Assembly (NCBI RefSeq): GCF_002105155.1
Contig: NW_019028979.1
Location: forward strand, 248,001-312,000
Length of the DNA stretch: 64,000 bases
Reading direction: 5' to 3'
Source: Lobosporangium transversale
Taxonomy: Eukaryota
The notes beneath the pieces are model-generated. The model did not search any database. It saw only the letters and a list, made by a program, of their open reading frames with translations, and was not told the DNA's origin. Both the position numbers and the translations under genes were made by a program. Positions 25,468-38,867 of the stretch are shown here, piece after piece (position 1 is the stretch's first letter; each line of letters opens with the position of its first letter).

Positions 25468-26510
25468 ATTTGTATTACCGCCACAACAGGTCATAAAAAG
25501 AAAAATGAGTCGCATGGAATTCCAGGCACAATGGAATAATAAAAAAACGAAAAGGTCAATAGGTCAAAATACACATACACATTTGTGTTCAATTGCTCAC
25601 AAACTCGCGTGAGTGTAAGGATGGTGAGTGGAGTTGAAAAAAAAAAAAAAAAAAAAAAACCAAGTCCGTCCTATAATTAGAAGAGGTCCACTTCATTTCA
25701 CTGCCTCCTTCTTTCCCCTAGAGCCGACTATCCATTCCCATCCAAAGTTCAAGATCAAGTCCAAATCCTAACAACAAGCCCTGTTTGTCAGTTGCTTGAA
25801 CACATGTATGTACATTTATTGTGCTGTATGCAGTATTATTACATGAATGCTAGATGGGCGCTGCTTGTTTTTTTTTTTTTTTTTTTTTGGTCTGTTGGCG
25901 CAAGGTTTTTTTTTTTGCTCTCATCCATTTTTCTGCTGTTCCTTGTCGCTAGTCTGGATTCGCACTTTTGTTTCGTTGTGGCATGTTATCGAATGGGCAT
26001 GTAGATCCAGTCTAACTGTTTCTTCTCTTTTCTCCTTTTCTCTTTTTCTTTTTTTCTTCATCATCATCATCTCCATCACACATTCACATTTACACATTCA
26101 TCATCTGATTTACACGCACTTTATTCAACTTTTTTATTTTTTTTCCACCCCTTTTTATATATAAATATATATATATATATATATAAAGCAGTGCGTTCGT
26201 GTATATCGTGTGTGTATTGTGATTGTCTTACTTTATCTCTATTTCCATCTCCATTTATCCTCGGTAACGGTTCCGTCATTTTTTTTTTTTTATAGTTATC
26301 AATTCCCTGACATAACAACCGACTGCCACTTCAGTTTCCATTTTCCCGTACCCAATCCCACTTTGTCGCTATTTTTTTTTTTTTTTTTTTTTTGGATTTG
26401 TTCCTGAACCCGTCTTTTACTTTTTAAAATCCCTATACTTCCCTCCCACCCTATCAGCAATCAGGCCTTTTCTTTCTTTCCTTGACTTGCAAAGGTTCAC
26501 AAGCTCCTTG

Positions 26511-27704
26511 ATGGTATCATTCTTCACAGCCACTGCACCAGGTGCAGCACGAAGAAGGCTGTTGGCCTTAGCTGTATTCGCCCTTGCTCTCTTTTCCTCA
26601 ATACCGACTCTCGTTGACGCAGCCAAGGGTGAAACCATCACCCTCTCCTTCCTCGATGAAGCTGGAGCTGTCATCAGTCAACAGACTATACCCTGGGCAG
26701 AGTGTACAAATATCGATACCACTCTACTACAACCCACAGGCGGAGCTTATGCCTCTGTCTCCGCTTCGGTTGACCATGCAGCACTGAATCTCTATTCCTA
26801 CCCTTACTGTGCAACCCTTTCGGGGTCTGCAGTCGGCAGATGGAGAAATGCAGGTGATTTAAAAGACATGATTGCTATCCGTTGGGAAGGTATTGCTAAC
26901 GATCTGGCCCCTGGTACAGAACGGACAACAAATTTCCCACCAGAGATGGCGGTTGCGACTCAAGGCCCGGATCCTGATGCTGACCCTATCCTTTGGGCCC
27001 CCGATCCCGAAAAGGGTAAACTGGTAGTTGGACTGGTGGCGGGAGTATTGGCTGTGGGTGTGCTCATTGGTGTGTATCAGGTCTATAAAGCAGCACAGTA
27101 TGTACCACCACCCAAGAAGCCAAAGAAGATTACGTTGAATACAAAGAAGATCAAAAAGAAGGATGCGTACTATCGTAAGCCCGCTCCTGCTCGCCCTGTG
27201 TCCTCTGGAGAAGATGATAAACGGTCCTTCCAGAGATTGGAGCATAATGAGTCACCCGAGCCATTGTTGAACAGACCACAGATGATGGAGCGTGGAGGAG
27301 GTCCATTTGGAGGTAGCAGCCGAGATAGCCAGTATTCAGAAGCGGCAACGTTTGTAGATTGGGGTCAACAACAGCAGCACCAGCAGCACAACCCTGCAGT
27401 ATCCATTGATATGCGAGAGACATCCTATAGCAATAACAATAACAATAACAACAACAACAGCATTGCCACTAGGTTGTCTCCTTTCCGGGATCAGCATAGA
27501 CCAGCGACAGCAGAGCTGATCCAGTTTGATGGAGTTCAAAGCAGTGACAATACGAGCAACCATAATAATAGCAACAATCGTGGTAGGGGTGGTGAGGTAC
27601 TGGTTCCAATGCACACATTCGAAAACAACAACGGCTACAGTAACAACAATGGATATAATGGCCGGTCGGCATATCGAAGGTCGAGTAGCTCACGCTCACG
27701 ATAG
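26511..27704 (+). CDS. Uncharacterised type I membrane protein, intronless
   Basis: ATG at 26511; signal peptide RRRLLALAVFALALFSSIPTLVDA; small 2-Cys ectodomain; TM LVVGLVAGVLAVGVLIGVY; polybasic juxtamembrane segment; N/Q-rich tail. Confidence 0.85.
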   Translation: MVSFFTATAPGAARRRLLALAVFALALFSSIPTLVDAAKGETITLSFLDEAGAVISQQTIPWAECTNIDTTLLQPTGGAYASVSASVDHAALNLYSYPYCATLSGSAVGRWRNAGDLKDMIAIRWEGIANDLAPGTERTTNFPPEMAVATQGPDPDADPILWAPDPEKGKLVVGLVAGVLAVGVLIGVYQVYKAAQYVPPPKKPKKITLNTKKIKKKDAYYRKPAPARPVSSGEDDKRSFQRLEHNESPEPLLNRPQMMERGGGPFGGSSRDSQYSEAATFVDWGQQQQHQQHNPAVSIDMRETSYSNNNNNNNNNSIATRLSPFRDQHRPATAELIQFDGVQSSDNTSNHNNSNNRGRGGEVLVPMHTFENNNGYSNNNGYNGRSAYRRSSSSRSR

Positions 27705-28094
27705 AAGAAAAACGAAAAAAGAAAAATAAAAGAGCAAGGAACAAGAGAAATACCAAGACCGACAGAGAGATGAGATGAAGGAAGGCCGCAGGAAGAGAAG
27801 AAGGAGAGATTGAAGCATGACAAATAACCAAACGAGTTTTGATTGCCCTCTCCTTCTTTTTTGTTTCATTATACTATCGTTACTATCTACAATCATATAA
27901 TACATCAGTCTCTTGTTCTTTATATATATATGATGATAATGATGACAAACACGGGAAGGCTATGCAATTCGCCATAGATGTATTCAAAAGAGAAGAATAG
28001 GTAATCAAGTGGATCAGAAGTGTGAGCTGCACACTTTTTGCCAGCCTTCTTTCCTCTGTCTCTTTGTCATCAGGAAAGAGTCCACGGAAAAGTT

Positions 28095-28133
<39 letters not shown>

Positions 28134-28885
28134 TTGAATCTACAACAAGAAACGTTGCAGCATGCCAAGTAAGCTACGGTTGCGAGGCGAGATTAAAAGA
28201 AAAGAAGGGAGAAAAAGACATAGTAGGACAAGGCAGATAGTTCAGGATGGTATTGAACTTTTTTTTTTTTTTTTGCTTGAGTGGATTATGTGTTCGCCAC
28301 ATGTATTTTTGGATGTGGACTGCACATGGACAAACATTTTAACTTACTGGTATGCAGGAGAGTTCTCTGGACGGCGAAGCGAAATGGGGAGAAACAGATC
28401 TGGAATGAATTGGTAGGGATTTGTGCATACATGTTCATATTAGCAGCTAACAGCCAGTTGGATGACAATACGCGTGTCATGTTGTAGCCAATGCCATTGG
28501 CAATGTCCATGTATGAACTGTTACCATCGAACCTTGCTGTTTCTTTTTTTATCTTACTCCATCCACTAATCTTTATTTTTTTTATTTATTTATTTTTTTT
28601 TTTTTGCTTCCTAAACACTTGAACAAACCATTCAGAACAGGAAAAAAAAAAAAAAAAAAAAAAAAAACAGCACCTCTCTTTTTCTTTCTTTTCCTCGCTT
28701 GTCTTCCCACTTCTCCTCCTCTCTACATCTTTTGTGCCTTGTAGATCCCAACATTATTCTTTGCTGAGTCCAAATACTCATATTCATACTCATACCCATA
28801 CTCATATTCTTACATCCATCCCTCCTGGGGGTTGCGCTCGATCTTTGTGCACCTATTTAATACACAGCTAGAACGAATAGCGACC

Positions 28886-30866
28886 ATGACTACTACAGCT
28901 ACTGTATCGACACCTTCAGCCTCGTTCGCCCGTCGTACTGCAGAGGAAACCGCAATCCAGTTGGAGACCAATAGTGTCAGTGGACTGACAACACAGGAGG
29001 CAAACAACCGTCGGCTTCGCTATGGGCTGAATGAGTTTGATGTAGAGGATGAGGAGCCAATCTACCTCAAATTCTTCAAGAGCTTCTATGAAAATCCTCT
29101 GATCCTTCTCCTGCTAGCCTCAGCAGTTGTCTCCTTGGCAATGGGTCAGCACGATGATGCCATCAGCATTACTTTGGTAAACAACAATGCATTCTTTACA
29201 TCTCTTTCATCCATTGCTCACTGATGATGAATATGATTCCGAAGAAAGAAGAAAAAAGTCTGTGAAGAGAAAAAGAGTTTATTACTTATTCATTTGCTTT
29301 ATTGTTCTGATTACTAGGCTATTCTTATTGTTGTAACAGGTAAAGACATTTTGTCCATTTGACACAAGTTTAATTGATCACTATTCAATGTGGAGAAAGA
29401 CGATAAAAAAAAACGAAAAAAGCAGACCGGATTAGTAACCATCCTAAACGGCAATCTAAGGATTGATCGGGAAAGAAGCATACAGATACAGGGGAGAGTA
29501 AAAAAAATTGCAATCTTCAGTGGCAATCCTGCTCTGCCCATTGAAAGGAACGAGTGCTGTTGGGAAGCATTGAAAAAAAAAAAAAAAAAAAAAAAAAAGA
29601 GAGACGGTCTGTCACCAGCATGAACAGATGGCATGTTTAGTAATGCACTTGATCCATATCTGGACGACAAAGGAAAGCCTCAGCAAAATGACATTGGAGT
29701 CTTTAGGAGGGCCAAGCTCTTTTTTTTTTTTTTTTTTTTTTTTTGGACGACAGTTGACGATTCAACTTTTCTGCCTTTATCATTACCCCTGGCGTTAAGA
29801 GACCTTGAGGGTGATTGGCTCCTACCAGTATATTTTTTTTTAAATGTTTTGTTCTTCGTGAAGGAATTATGTGTGGAGCTTTATGGTACACAGCTTCTTG
29901 TCCCTCGAATCCACAAAGAAATAACGTTGAGTGGGAGAATGATACGTGCATTTAGGAGGCAAAAGAAGTTGATGTTCCTATCCCTTCCTTTCTCTTTCAT
30001 TCGCTCTCTTTCTCATTCTCCTTGGTCCATTATTATTATTTGAGTTGAGTTAAAAGAGGCGAGAATGAAGGACGCTAAACATGCTTTTCTGTTCTTTCTC
30101 CTTGGATGCCTTTTCTTTTAACTCCACTCGATCTAAAATGGGGATCGTGCATCTGCGATGTGCATGCAACTCAAGCTTAAAAAAGTTTACTGACCTGCAA
30201 CTTTTTTTTTCTTTTTCTTTCTTTGAACGATGTCCAATTGTAGTCGCGTTTGTACAAGAGTATCGGTCCGAAAAATCGCTCGAGGCCCTGAACAAACTGG
30301 TCCCTCACCATTGTCATGTTATTCGGTAAGTCTTTGCCCCTTGTTTTTACAACCCATTCTCCGCTTTTGTCTACAAAGTTTAAAAAAAAAAAAAAAAAAA
30401 ACCTAGTTTTTACAGAAACATTAGTGCACTTTTTTTTTTTATGATCCACTCCCGTTATCTTTTATATCTATTGGATACATTATGCCATCTTTTTTAAAAT
30501 GTAACCTGTACACCATTCTGCGAGAAGGAGAAGCAAGTATTGAAGTTAATTCAATATAGGCTGTGTAATACAAATTGGTCTTTTTACATTTTGACGTAAA
30601 AAAAGTTACATGACAAGCGAAAACGTTCTGGATGTTTTTGTAATTGGACGATATGCTACGGGACAGAGGAAAAAAAAAAAAAAAGAGAGCCCTGCATGCA
30701 TTGCATCTTCTTTTGCGATTCGTCCGATCCATCTCTGCAACACAGTTCAGTGGTTCCCTACTCTTTTTCCTTTTTTTTTTTTTTTTTTTTATAGAATTTC
30801 CTATCTTGTCAGTAACGAAGCTTTATGACTATTTGCCCCAAGCGCTAACTTTGTTGTGGCTCCCCG

Positions 30867-30899
<33 letters not shown>

Positions 30900-32483
30900 C
30901 TCTCTTCTCATTGCTGGTCATAGCGATGATACTCAGACGTCGACATTGGCTAGTCAATTAGTCCCTGGAGACTTGATCAAGTTTGGCATTGGAGATCGTA
31001 TCCCAGCGGACTGTCGTTTAGTGACAGCTATTGATCTAGAAATTGACGAGTCCAACTTGACAGGAGAAAACAAGCCATGCCGTAAGCAGACAGATGCGAT
31101 CACTGAAAATGAATATGCAGAGCTCTCGATCACAGAACGAAAGAATATCGCCTACATGGGAACATTGGTCAGGAATGGACATGGAACGGGTATTGTAGTA
31201 GGCACATCCAAGGAAACAGAATTTGGAGTGGTCTTCTGTATGATGCAGGAGGTTGAGATCCGAAAGACTCCTCTGCAGTTGAGCATGGATGAACTGGGAA
31301 AGAAACTTTCGATGCTTTCGTTCATGATCATCGGTGTGATTGTGTTGATTGGATTGTTCCAGGGTAAACCATGGTTGGAAATGATGACCATCGGGGTCAG
31401 TTTGGCCGTTGCTGCTATTCCTGAAGGTCTACCCATTGTCGTCACAGTGACCTTGGCATTGGGTGTGCTGAGGATGGCGAACCGTAAGGCTATCATTAAG
31501 AAGCTGCCCAGTGTAGAGACTCTTGGATCTGTCAATGTTGTTTGTGCTGATAAGACAGGTAAGAAAAAAGCAAAAGAAATTTTTATTGGACTGAACCATG
31601 GTTGAAAAACTCACATTCTCCGTATGATTTCTCCTTTCTCTTTTATAATACAGGAACCTTAACTATGAACCAGATGACGGTGACTAAAGCCTTTACTCTT
31701 GCTGAGGGATTCCCAGTGGATCTGAACCAGGCAAAGACTGTGGATGTGGATCTTCATCCTGGATTGCGCCGTTTGCTTCAGGTTGGAAATCTTTGCAATA
31801 ATTCTTTCTTGGACGAGCACTCCAAATGGATCGGACAACCTACGGATATTGCCTTGATCCAGATCCTCCAAAGCTTAGGACTGACAGATGAGCGCCCTGT
31901 ATGTTTTTTATGCCCAACACCGTTCTCTTTTATAAAAAAAAAAAAAAAAAAACATGTTTATTAGTTGATATGGCGCTGACCATTTTGTACGTTTCCCTTA
32001 ATTTGATAGATTTTCGAGCGTATTGCTGAATACCCTTTTAATTCAGACCAAAAGTTCATGCATGTCAAATGCGCGCCTTTACCCGGAGGCAGCCTTTCTG
32101 GCCACAAGCAAACGCCCGAACATGCAATTGATCCAACCAATGCCGCAGTGAGCCAAAGCGGATTGCCTGGTATATTTTACTTTAAGGGAGCATTGGAGCC
32201 AGTTTTAGAACGATGCGTGAACTATTATAGGAGCGAGAGTCAACATCTGCCGTTAGATGTCGAGTCCAAGGATAAGATTTCGGCCCAGGCAAATGAAATG
32301 GCATCCCATGGACTGCGCGTGCTGGCCATGGCGTTTGGTAGTGATCTAGAGAAATTGACGTTTGTGGGTATTGTCGCCATGCACGATCCTCCAAGACCTG
32401 GAGTTGAAGACAGTATCCGCACACTGGCTGGAAGCGGCGTCAAGGTGATTATGATCACAGGAGATGCTGGTATGTAACAAGCT

Positions 32484-32514
<31 letters not shown>

Positions 32515-33888
32515 GACTTTCCCCATTAATTTAGAGGTATTAACAAATGATTTCTTTTTTCTTTTCTTTTTCTGCTTGAATGATTCGTAGATGCTACTGC
32601 ACTTTCAATTGCTCGACGATTGGGATTCCCGATCAACCCAGGCAAATCATCATGCTTGACCGGGGCTGAGATCGAGGTGATGACTGAGCGCCAATTGCAG
32701 GATGCTGTAGGACATGTCTCAGTGTTTGCACGAACGACACCTAAGCACAAGATGGCAATTGTATCTGCATTTCAAGCAAAGGGTTGTATTGTTGCCATGA
32801 CAGGCGATGGAGTTAACGATGCACCAGCATTAAAGCTTGCAGATATTGGTATCTCGATGGGTCGGAGTGGTACAGATGTGGCTAAAGAAGCTGCGGACAT
32901 GATTCTTGTGGATGATGATTTTTCAACTATCCTTGCGGCCGTAGAAGAGGGTTAGTTTACTTCTCTTCTCTTTTTGTCTATTTTTTTCCCCCTCTTTTTT
33001 TAAACAAGTTTAATACTAACAATCACCAATCCTCTTTGTTCTTATTTTAGGCAAATCCATTTTTTATAATATCCAAAACTTTTTGACTTTCCAGCTCAGC
33101 ACAAGTGTCGCAGCCTTGACATTAATTGCCACGGCAACGCTTTTTGGACTCAACAACCCTCTGAATGCCATGCAGATTCTCTGGATCAGTAAGTTATTGA
33201 GGGCTCATATTGCGAATAACACTTGATCTATTAGATTCATTACTGTGATACCATATCTAATTTTTTCTTTTCTTTCTTTCTTTCTTTTTTTTTTTTTTTT
33301 TTTTCCGTAGATATTTTGATGGATGGCCCACCTGCACAATCTTTGGGTGTTGAACCAGTGGACGACGATGTGATGAAGAAGCCCCCACGCGCACGCGATG
33401 CAGCGATCTTGACACCACTTTTGATTCGCCGAGTTCTGACCTCGGCAATGATTATTGTAGTGGGCACGATGTTTGTGTATGTGCACGAGATGACAGATGG
33501 CCATGTCACAGCACGCGATACGACGATGACTTTTACGACGTTTGTGTTCTTTGATATGTTTAATGCATTGGCATGTCGATCTGAAAAGAAGTCGATCTTC
33601 AGCGTTGGATTCACGACGAATAAGATGTTTAATTTCAGTGTGATGGGATCAATTCTGGGTCAATTCTTGGTGATTTACATGCCATTCTTCCAGACAGTGT
33701 TCCAAACGGAGGCATTAACGCTCACAGATCTCTTGGGAATCACACTGTTGACCAGCTCGGTCTTTTGGGCAGAGGAGGCACGCAAGTTCTTTGGAGTAAA
33801 GAAAGGACAGAAGATGCATGGCCGAGGTGCCAACCAAGGATTCCGACGTGTAGAAACAGAGGATGGTGAAGCATTTGAAATTGTTTAA
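28886..33888 (+). CDS. PMR1: Golgi Ca2+/Mn2+ P-type ATPase (SPCA/PMR1), multi-exon
   Basis: [79 protein letters not shown]. Includes a 22-nt micro-exon at 29318-29339. Confidence 0.96.
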
Positions 33889-34275
33889 ACGAGAGATATT
33901 ATAGCATAAAAGGATAGCTTTCTAGAAACAGAAACAGGAAGAGAAACCATAATTAACACTTCACATCACTACCATTTCATAATAATAATAATAATAAAAA
34001 AGTAACGTGTTGCACAATGGTCAAAGAACCAAGAAGAAAAGTCATGACTCCCCGCTTACACATAAAGAACACAAAAACAAATCCAAACGAACTCTTTCTC
34101 CCTCTTTCTCCCTCTTTCTCCCTTCCCTGTCTGTTTTCTGTTTACCCCCTTTTTCCCTTTTTCCTTTTTTCTTCCTTTTTGTGTTCTCCATTCAGTTCTT
34201 TCATTTAACATTTTTCATTCGTTGTTACTTTTACATTCGGCTTCGAGCTTCTTATTTCTTTCTTTCTCTCTCTCT

Positions 34276-34306
<31 letters not shown>

Positions 34307-34390
34307 CCTTGTCTTTCTTTCTTGCTCTACTTTGCTGCAGGTTTTTCTTGTTATTGTCAACTGCTGTGTTCAACTAGACCATTCAGAGTC

Positions 34391-37300
34391 ATGGCTCTCA
34401 CTGCTGTTCACCCATTCAAACAATACTCGCGCGAGCAGCAACAACAGCAACAAAAGTTACAACCTCAGTTCCAGCATCCACGCGACCAAGCTTCTTGGTT
34501 AGCGCAACAGTACTCGCCATGGTGTCTACTACATATGTTACTTAAGCATCATCCTAGCCTAGTCTCTACTCCATTGCTAGAGGAACTCTTACCCCCACTT
34601 GCACTTTCTTACACCTCTTACTCTTTGCCTCAATCACATTCGCAGTCGCAGTCGCAGTCCCAGGCGCAGTCGTATCCATCGCAGTATTCGCAGTCAAATA
34701 CTAGCACTACGCCGATACCGGATCATCAAAGTTCTAATCCACAGTCGCCATCCCATCCTGCACCATCGGTCTCTACCGCAGGCACAAACACAAATGTTAC
34801 CCCAAAGGCAAAGGCTTTCCTATCTCGGTATTTAGTACAGCGGCTTCATTTTGGGTACTATGGGAATAGAGCCAGATTGTCCGAGTCTGCGGTTCGCTAT
34901 TTGACAGCTCGAGCGCGGCTTGAGTATGGCTATTTTGTAATCCGCGGACGCGCATTCTGGCATGTCACATCAGAGGATTTGGCGGAGGAACATCAACAGG
35001 ACATGATGAATATTGTCATCCCGGGGGGTGCGACTCCTTCAAAAGTTGATCGAGATGCAAAAGTAGTAGAGAGTGGAGTTGGTGCTAGTAGTAGTCGGTC
35101 AGGAGGTTCATCATTAGATCAGCAGCGACAGCAACAGCAACTACCACCGCCGCAGCAACAACGACGGCAACGGCGGAATCATCAACAGCAAGATCTACAT
35201 CAGCAACACAATCTACAGCAGCAACATAATAATGGACAATCATCGTCTCAAAACCAGCATAATCAAGGGCCTGGTTCCGGACAAGATGGTGCAGACGATC
35301 CCAGCGGAAATAAGGATGAAGAGTCATCAGCTGAGACAGTGTCACAACAGGCTGCGTCAGCCCTTCCTAGTAGGAGACGAGGAGGAGGGGCTAGGTCAGG
35401 TTCAGGCTCTAGTGGCAGTAGATCTGGTGTAGGCTTTAATGGGGACAATAAGACTGAGATAATGGACGAAGATGAAAGACGGCAAAGGATCCTTAAGAGG
35501 AACCAGCGCTGCGAGGAACGTGAAGAGCAATTGTTGATGTTGGAGGCAGTCCGGTATCTAGAGCGGAAACAACCAGAGCTCATTGACTTGCTTATGCCGA
35601 TACTGACTTCAGCAACAGTTACCAAAGGGATTCAGTCCCAATCATCGTCGCGACCTTCGACAATCTCAGTGATCCCATCATCAGCACCGTCATTTCCCAT
35701 GGACATATCTGGAACTACTCCAAGCACTTCTATGATGTCAGAGCGGCAGGAAGCAGCCATACAATGGGCGCAAGTTGCGTTAACCGCACGGATGGGCTCG
35801 TTGACAGAATTGGATGACGATCTCCTGATCCATATTCCTTCATCTCCCTTTTTGACCCGGCCCTACGATTCCCTTTGGATGAGGCATCTACAGCATCCAC
35901 CTTCGACAGTACCTCAAGGCTTTATGAAGCCTCTTTCTGAAGCCAGTAAAAATGATCACCCATTGGGGCCAGATGGAGGTATGCGCATGGTTCAGGATGA
36001 TGCCCGGCTCTTCCAAATTTCCACAGGGATCTTTGATAAACTTGCAACACATCCAAAAAAGTCTAAAAAACCGCCACCCACAATCATCGAAAGTGACCTG
36101 TCTTACTCGTCAGGGACAATACGGGACCTGATTTTAGAGTATGGATACATGCCTTTGCCCGAGGACGATGCAGATCGAAAGTTACATTATCGAGGAGGTA
36201 GCGACAGAGCTCCCACAGGAGAGACGGAGGTGTTCCCAAGTGATGGGACTCATACGGCCAACAAGCGTAGTGCGAAGGGCCCAGGAACATCAATTTGGTA
36301 TTTTTATGATTTACAACCTGTAGAGGTTATGGTCGGATATCTGGTCCATCGAGTCCCTGAAGTGTTAGATTTGTTGTTTCAAAAGGGGTTTGAGCTTTTG
36401 GCTCGGCCAGAGCCAGGAATGCCAGGCATTTCTCGCGCAATGCTGCTACAGTGCTGTCTACCGGGATTCCATGCCATGCTCCGTCATATCCTTCAACGGC
36501 CGTCGGATTCTCATTTAGCCAGGTTATTACCGCCACCTCCGACACTGCCTACAATTGTTCGGACGATCAAAAATGAGTTGATGGGATTTGGTGAGAAACC
36601 TAGGCGAATTGAGTTTACACAGCAGGACTTTGCACAGGTTCTGAGGGATGTGCCAGTATTACATCTGAGTGATACATTGAATGTCTTGACTGAGATCGGG
36701 ATGCAAGTTTCGGTTGTTCAGGAACGGCTGGTCGGACTATTGCAGGCCCCAGGAGGCATTGCACCCGTCAGTGTGGAAAAAGACGCGCTGTCTACTTTGG
36801 TAATTTTCTTTACGATGGACACTTTTATACATTATTGGTTCCTTTTTGTTGTGGTTGTTGTGAGTGCTATTGCTGTTACCGTATTCTGACCAATACCATC
36901 TCACTTAATAGTTTGTTAACTGTAATCAGGAAACCAAACCTTCGGCGTCTGAATCGCTAATGTCAGCGACGGCGCTTGTTAATCTCGCAATCCAACAATC
37001 ATTTGAGATCCAGATGGATATCACGGAGGTACGGGATAGAGAGTGGAAACATGAGTTCGAGGAGACAATCATGAATCTCAAACGAATGGAACTGATTGTT
37101 CATCCCGATGTCTCGGAGTGGGTCATGTCTCTGTTGGACCCTCGACAATTGGCATTTAAGATTTGTTTTGATCATGCGCTGATGGAAGCACTTTTGGGGA
37201 TCTCAGAGTGGAATGTAGCACAAATGAGACGGCTCAGGAGATGGACCCGACAACAGGAACAAGAAGCTAGGATGAGAAATACAGGAATGGGACGTCAGTG

Positions 37301-38321
37301 GGAAGAAGTAAAGCGGCAGCTATTGGTTGTAAAGTATGCTGATCATGATCATTATAATGCTGGAGAGGGTACTGAAGCCAAGAAGAGACTTGGATTGGAC
37401 ATTGAGTGGACCACGAATGACCTGATCACTTTGGCAACATCTACGTTGGTGGCAGAGAAGCCCTTTAGCAAGACATGGTGCGAGATGATTCGAATCAGCG
37501 ATGACGGATATTTGTTGTTGGACAACGGATTCCTTGATCAGTCACCGCTCCTATTGGATCAATGGACGACGATGATGACGGCTGGAGAATGTTTAAAAGC
37601 GGATGATGGTAGTATTTTGCTTGAGTCGAATATACAAATGTATGAGTTTCTGAGGATGAATGCTAAAATTGAAGAGAAGCATTGGATCTGGTTAGCAATG
37701 GGGTTAGTGACAATATCATTGCAAGGATCCCGTGTGATTGAGATTTTAGACTCGGAGCTAAACTTACCAAGGCCGGTAATGTTATCGACGAATAGAAGCA
37801 ATGTTGTAACTAGTGGCGTAAGAGGCTCGGTTCCGGTCAGGATGGCTTGTTCGCCACAGGCCTACCAACTGGTGTGGATGATGGCATTGGCGTATGTACG
37901 GCAGTCATTAAATTCATACACGCCATCTCATCCTCCTGCAGTGATGATGCACTCAAACCAGGATCAGCAGCAGCAGCAACAGCAGCAGTACGTTGAATTT
38001 GGGACAATTGTAGCTTCGCCGGCTTCTTCAGCAGCAGCATTACAAGGCTCCTCAATCTTCTCACCCATAGCGCTATCAACTACATCCTCACCAGCAGCAA
38101 GGGGGGCAGGAGGAGTAAACACAGCCACACCAGTATCGCCTCCATTGTCTCCAGTGCCACAATCAACATGGAGGACAACGATGCGTGGATTGCAGCGGTT
38201 CTTGACAACACGTTTAGGACCAGATGCACGGTTAGTGGTCGAGATCCTCTTGGAGATCGAGGCGGACCTTGGGGATGTGCTGCTCGATAGTGAAGAGATT
38301 TTGAGGGAGCCACAAGATTAA
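34391..38321 (+). CDS. Large uncharacterised protein (about 1270 aa), 2 exons
   Basis: Two long open exons (34391-36799 and 36912-38321) joined by a GT-AG intron. Globular-looking blocks (AFLSRYLVQRLHFGYYG; TIRDLILEYGYMPLP) alternate with Q/S-rich low-complexity inserts. Confidence 0.8.
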
Positions 38322-38867
38322 CCATAGGCATTTGCAATTGTAAAATAAAACATAAAATAATAGATAAAAATAAAATTAATTGGGATGTCTGTTCCTTCCT
38401 TTTTGGGAAGGTGAAATATGCATTGTGGCTCCGATTTCACTTAATGATGCAACTGTCGCATATTGTTCGTTTTCTTTTTTGTTCTCTACCTTTTTCATTA
38501 CCATCAAACATTGACCTTACACCTACTCATTATCTCTAGAAACTTGATGTAAGCTTCATGTATATTAAGCTTTTGACTTTACAAAGAAATTTAATATTGG
38601 TATAACCACATAGTTTACAGACACACAACACCATGGGGAGATGTGAAGTGTTACTGTCACATGACACTACGAGATTGTGGGTCATCTGCGATCACTTTGA
38701 CCTTTACCTAATGCTCATTGCTCATTCTTAATAAACCTCTTTCGACTTTCTTTCTTTTCCTTCTTTCTCTTTCATTTCTTTCATTCTCCTCCAAAACTCT
38801 TTGTCTTCCTAAACACTTCTTCTTACCCTCGTCCAGTATCCGTTCATATTACTTTCTCATATACATC

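Noticed and set aside
22409..26510. Short ORFs in the 4-kb intergenic region
   Set aside because: Dominated by poly-K/poly-F from homopolymer tracts; no motifs, codon bias or splice-consistent structure.
29224..29310. Possible box C/D snoRNA in PMR1 intron 1 (ATGATGA...CTGA)
   Set aside because: The CTGA coincides with the branch-point position 7 nt from the acceptor; no terminal stem or recognisable guide sequence.
34007..34390. F-rich 'transmembrane' N-terminal extension of the 960-aa ORF
   Set aside because: Translation of a poly-T/CT-rich promoter and leader from a non-ATG start; the real start is likely the ATG at 34391.
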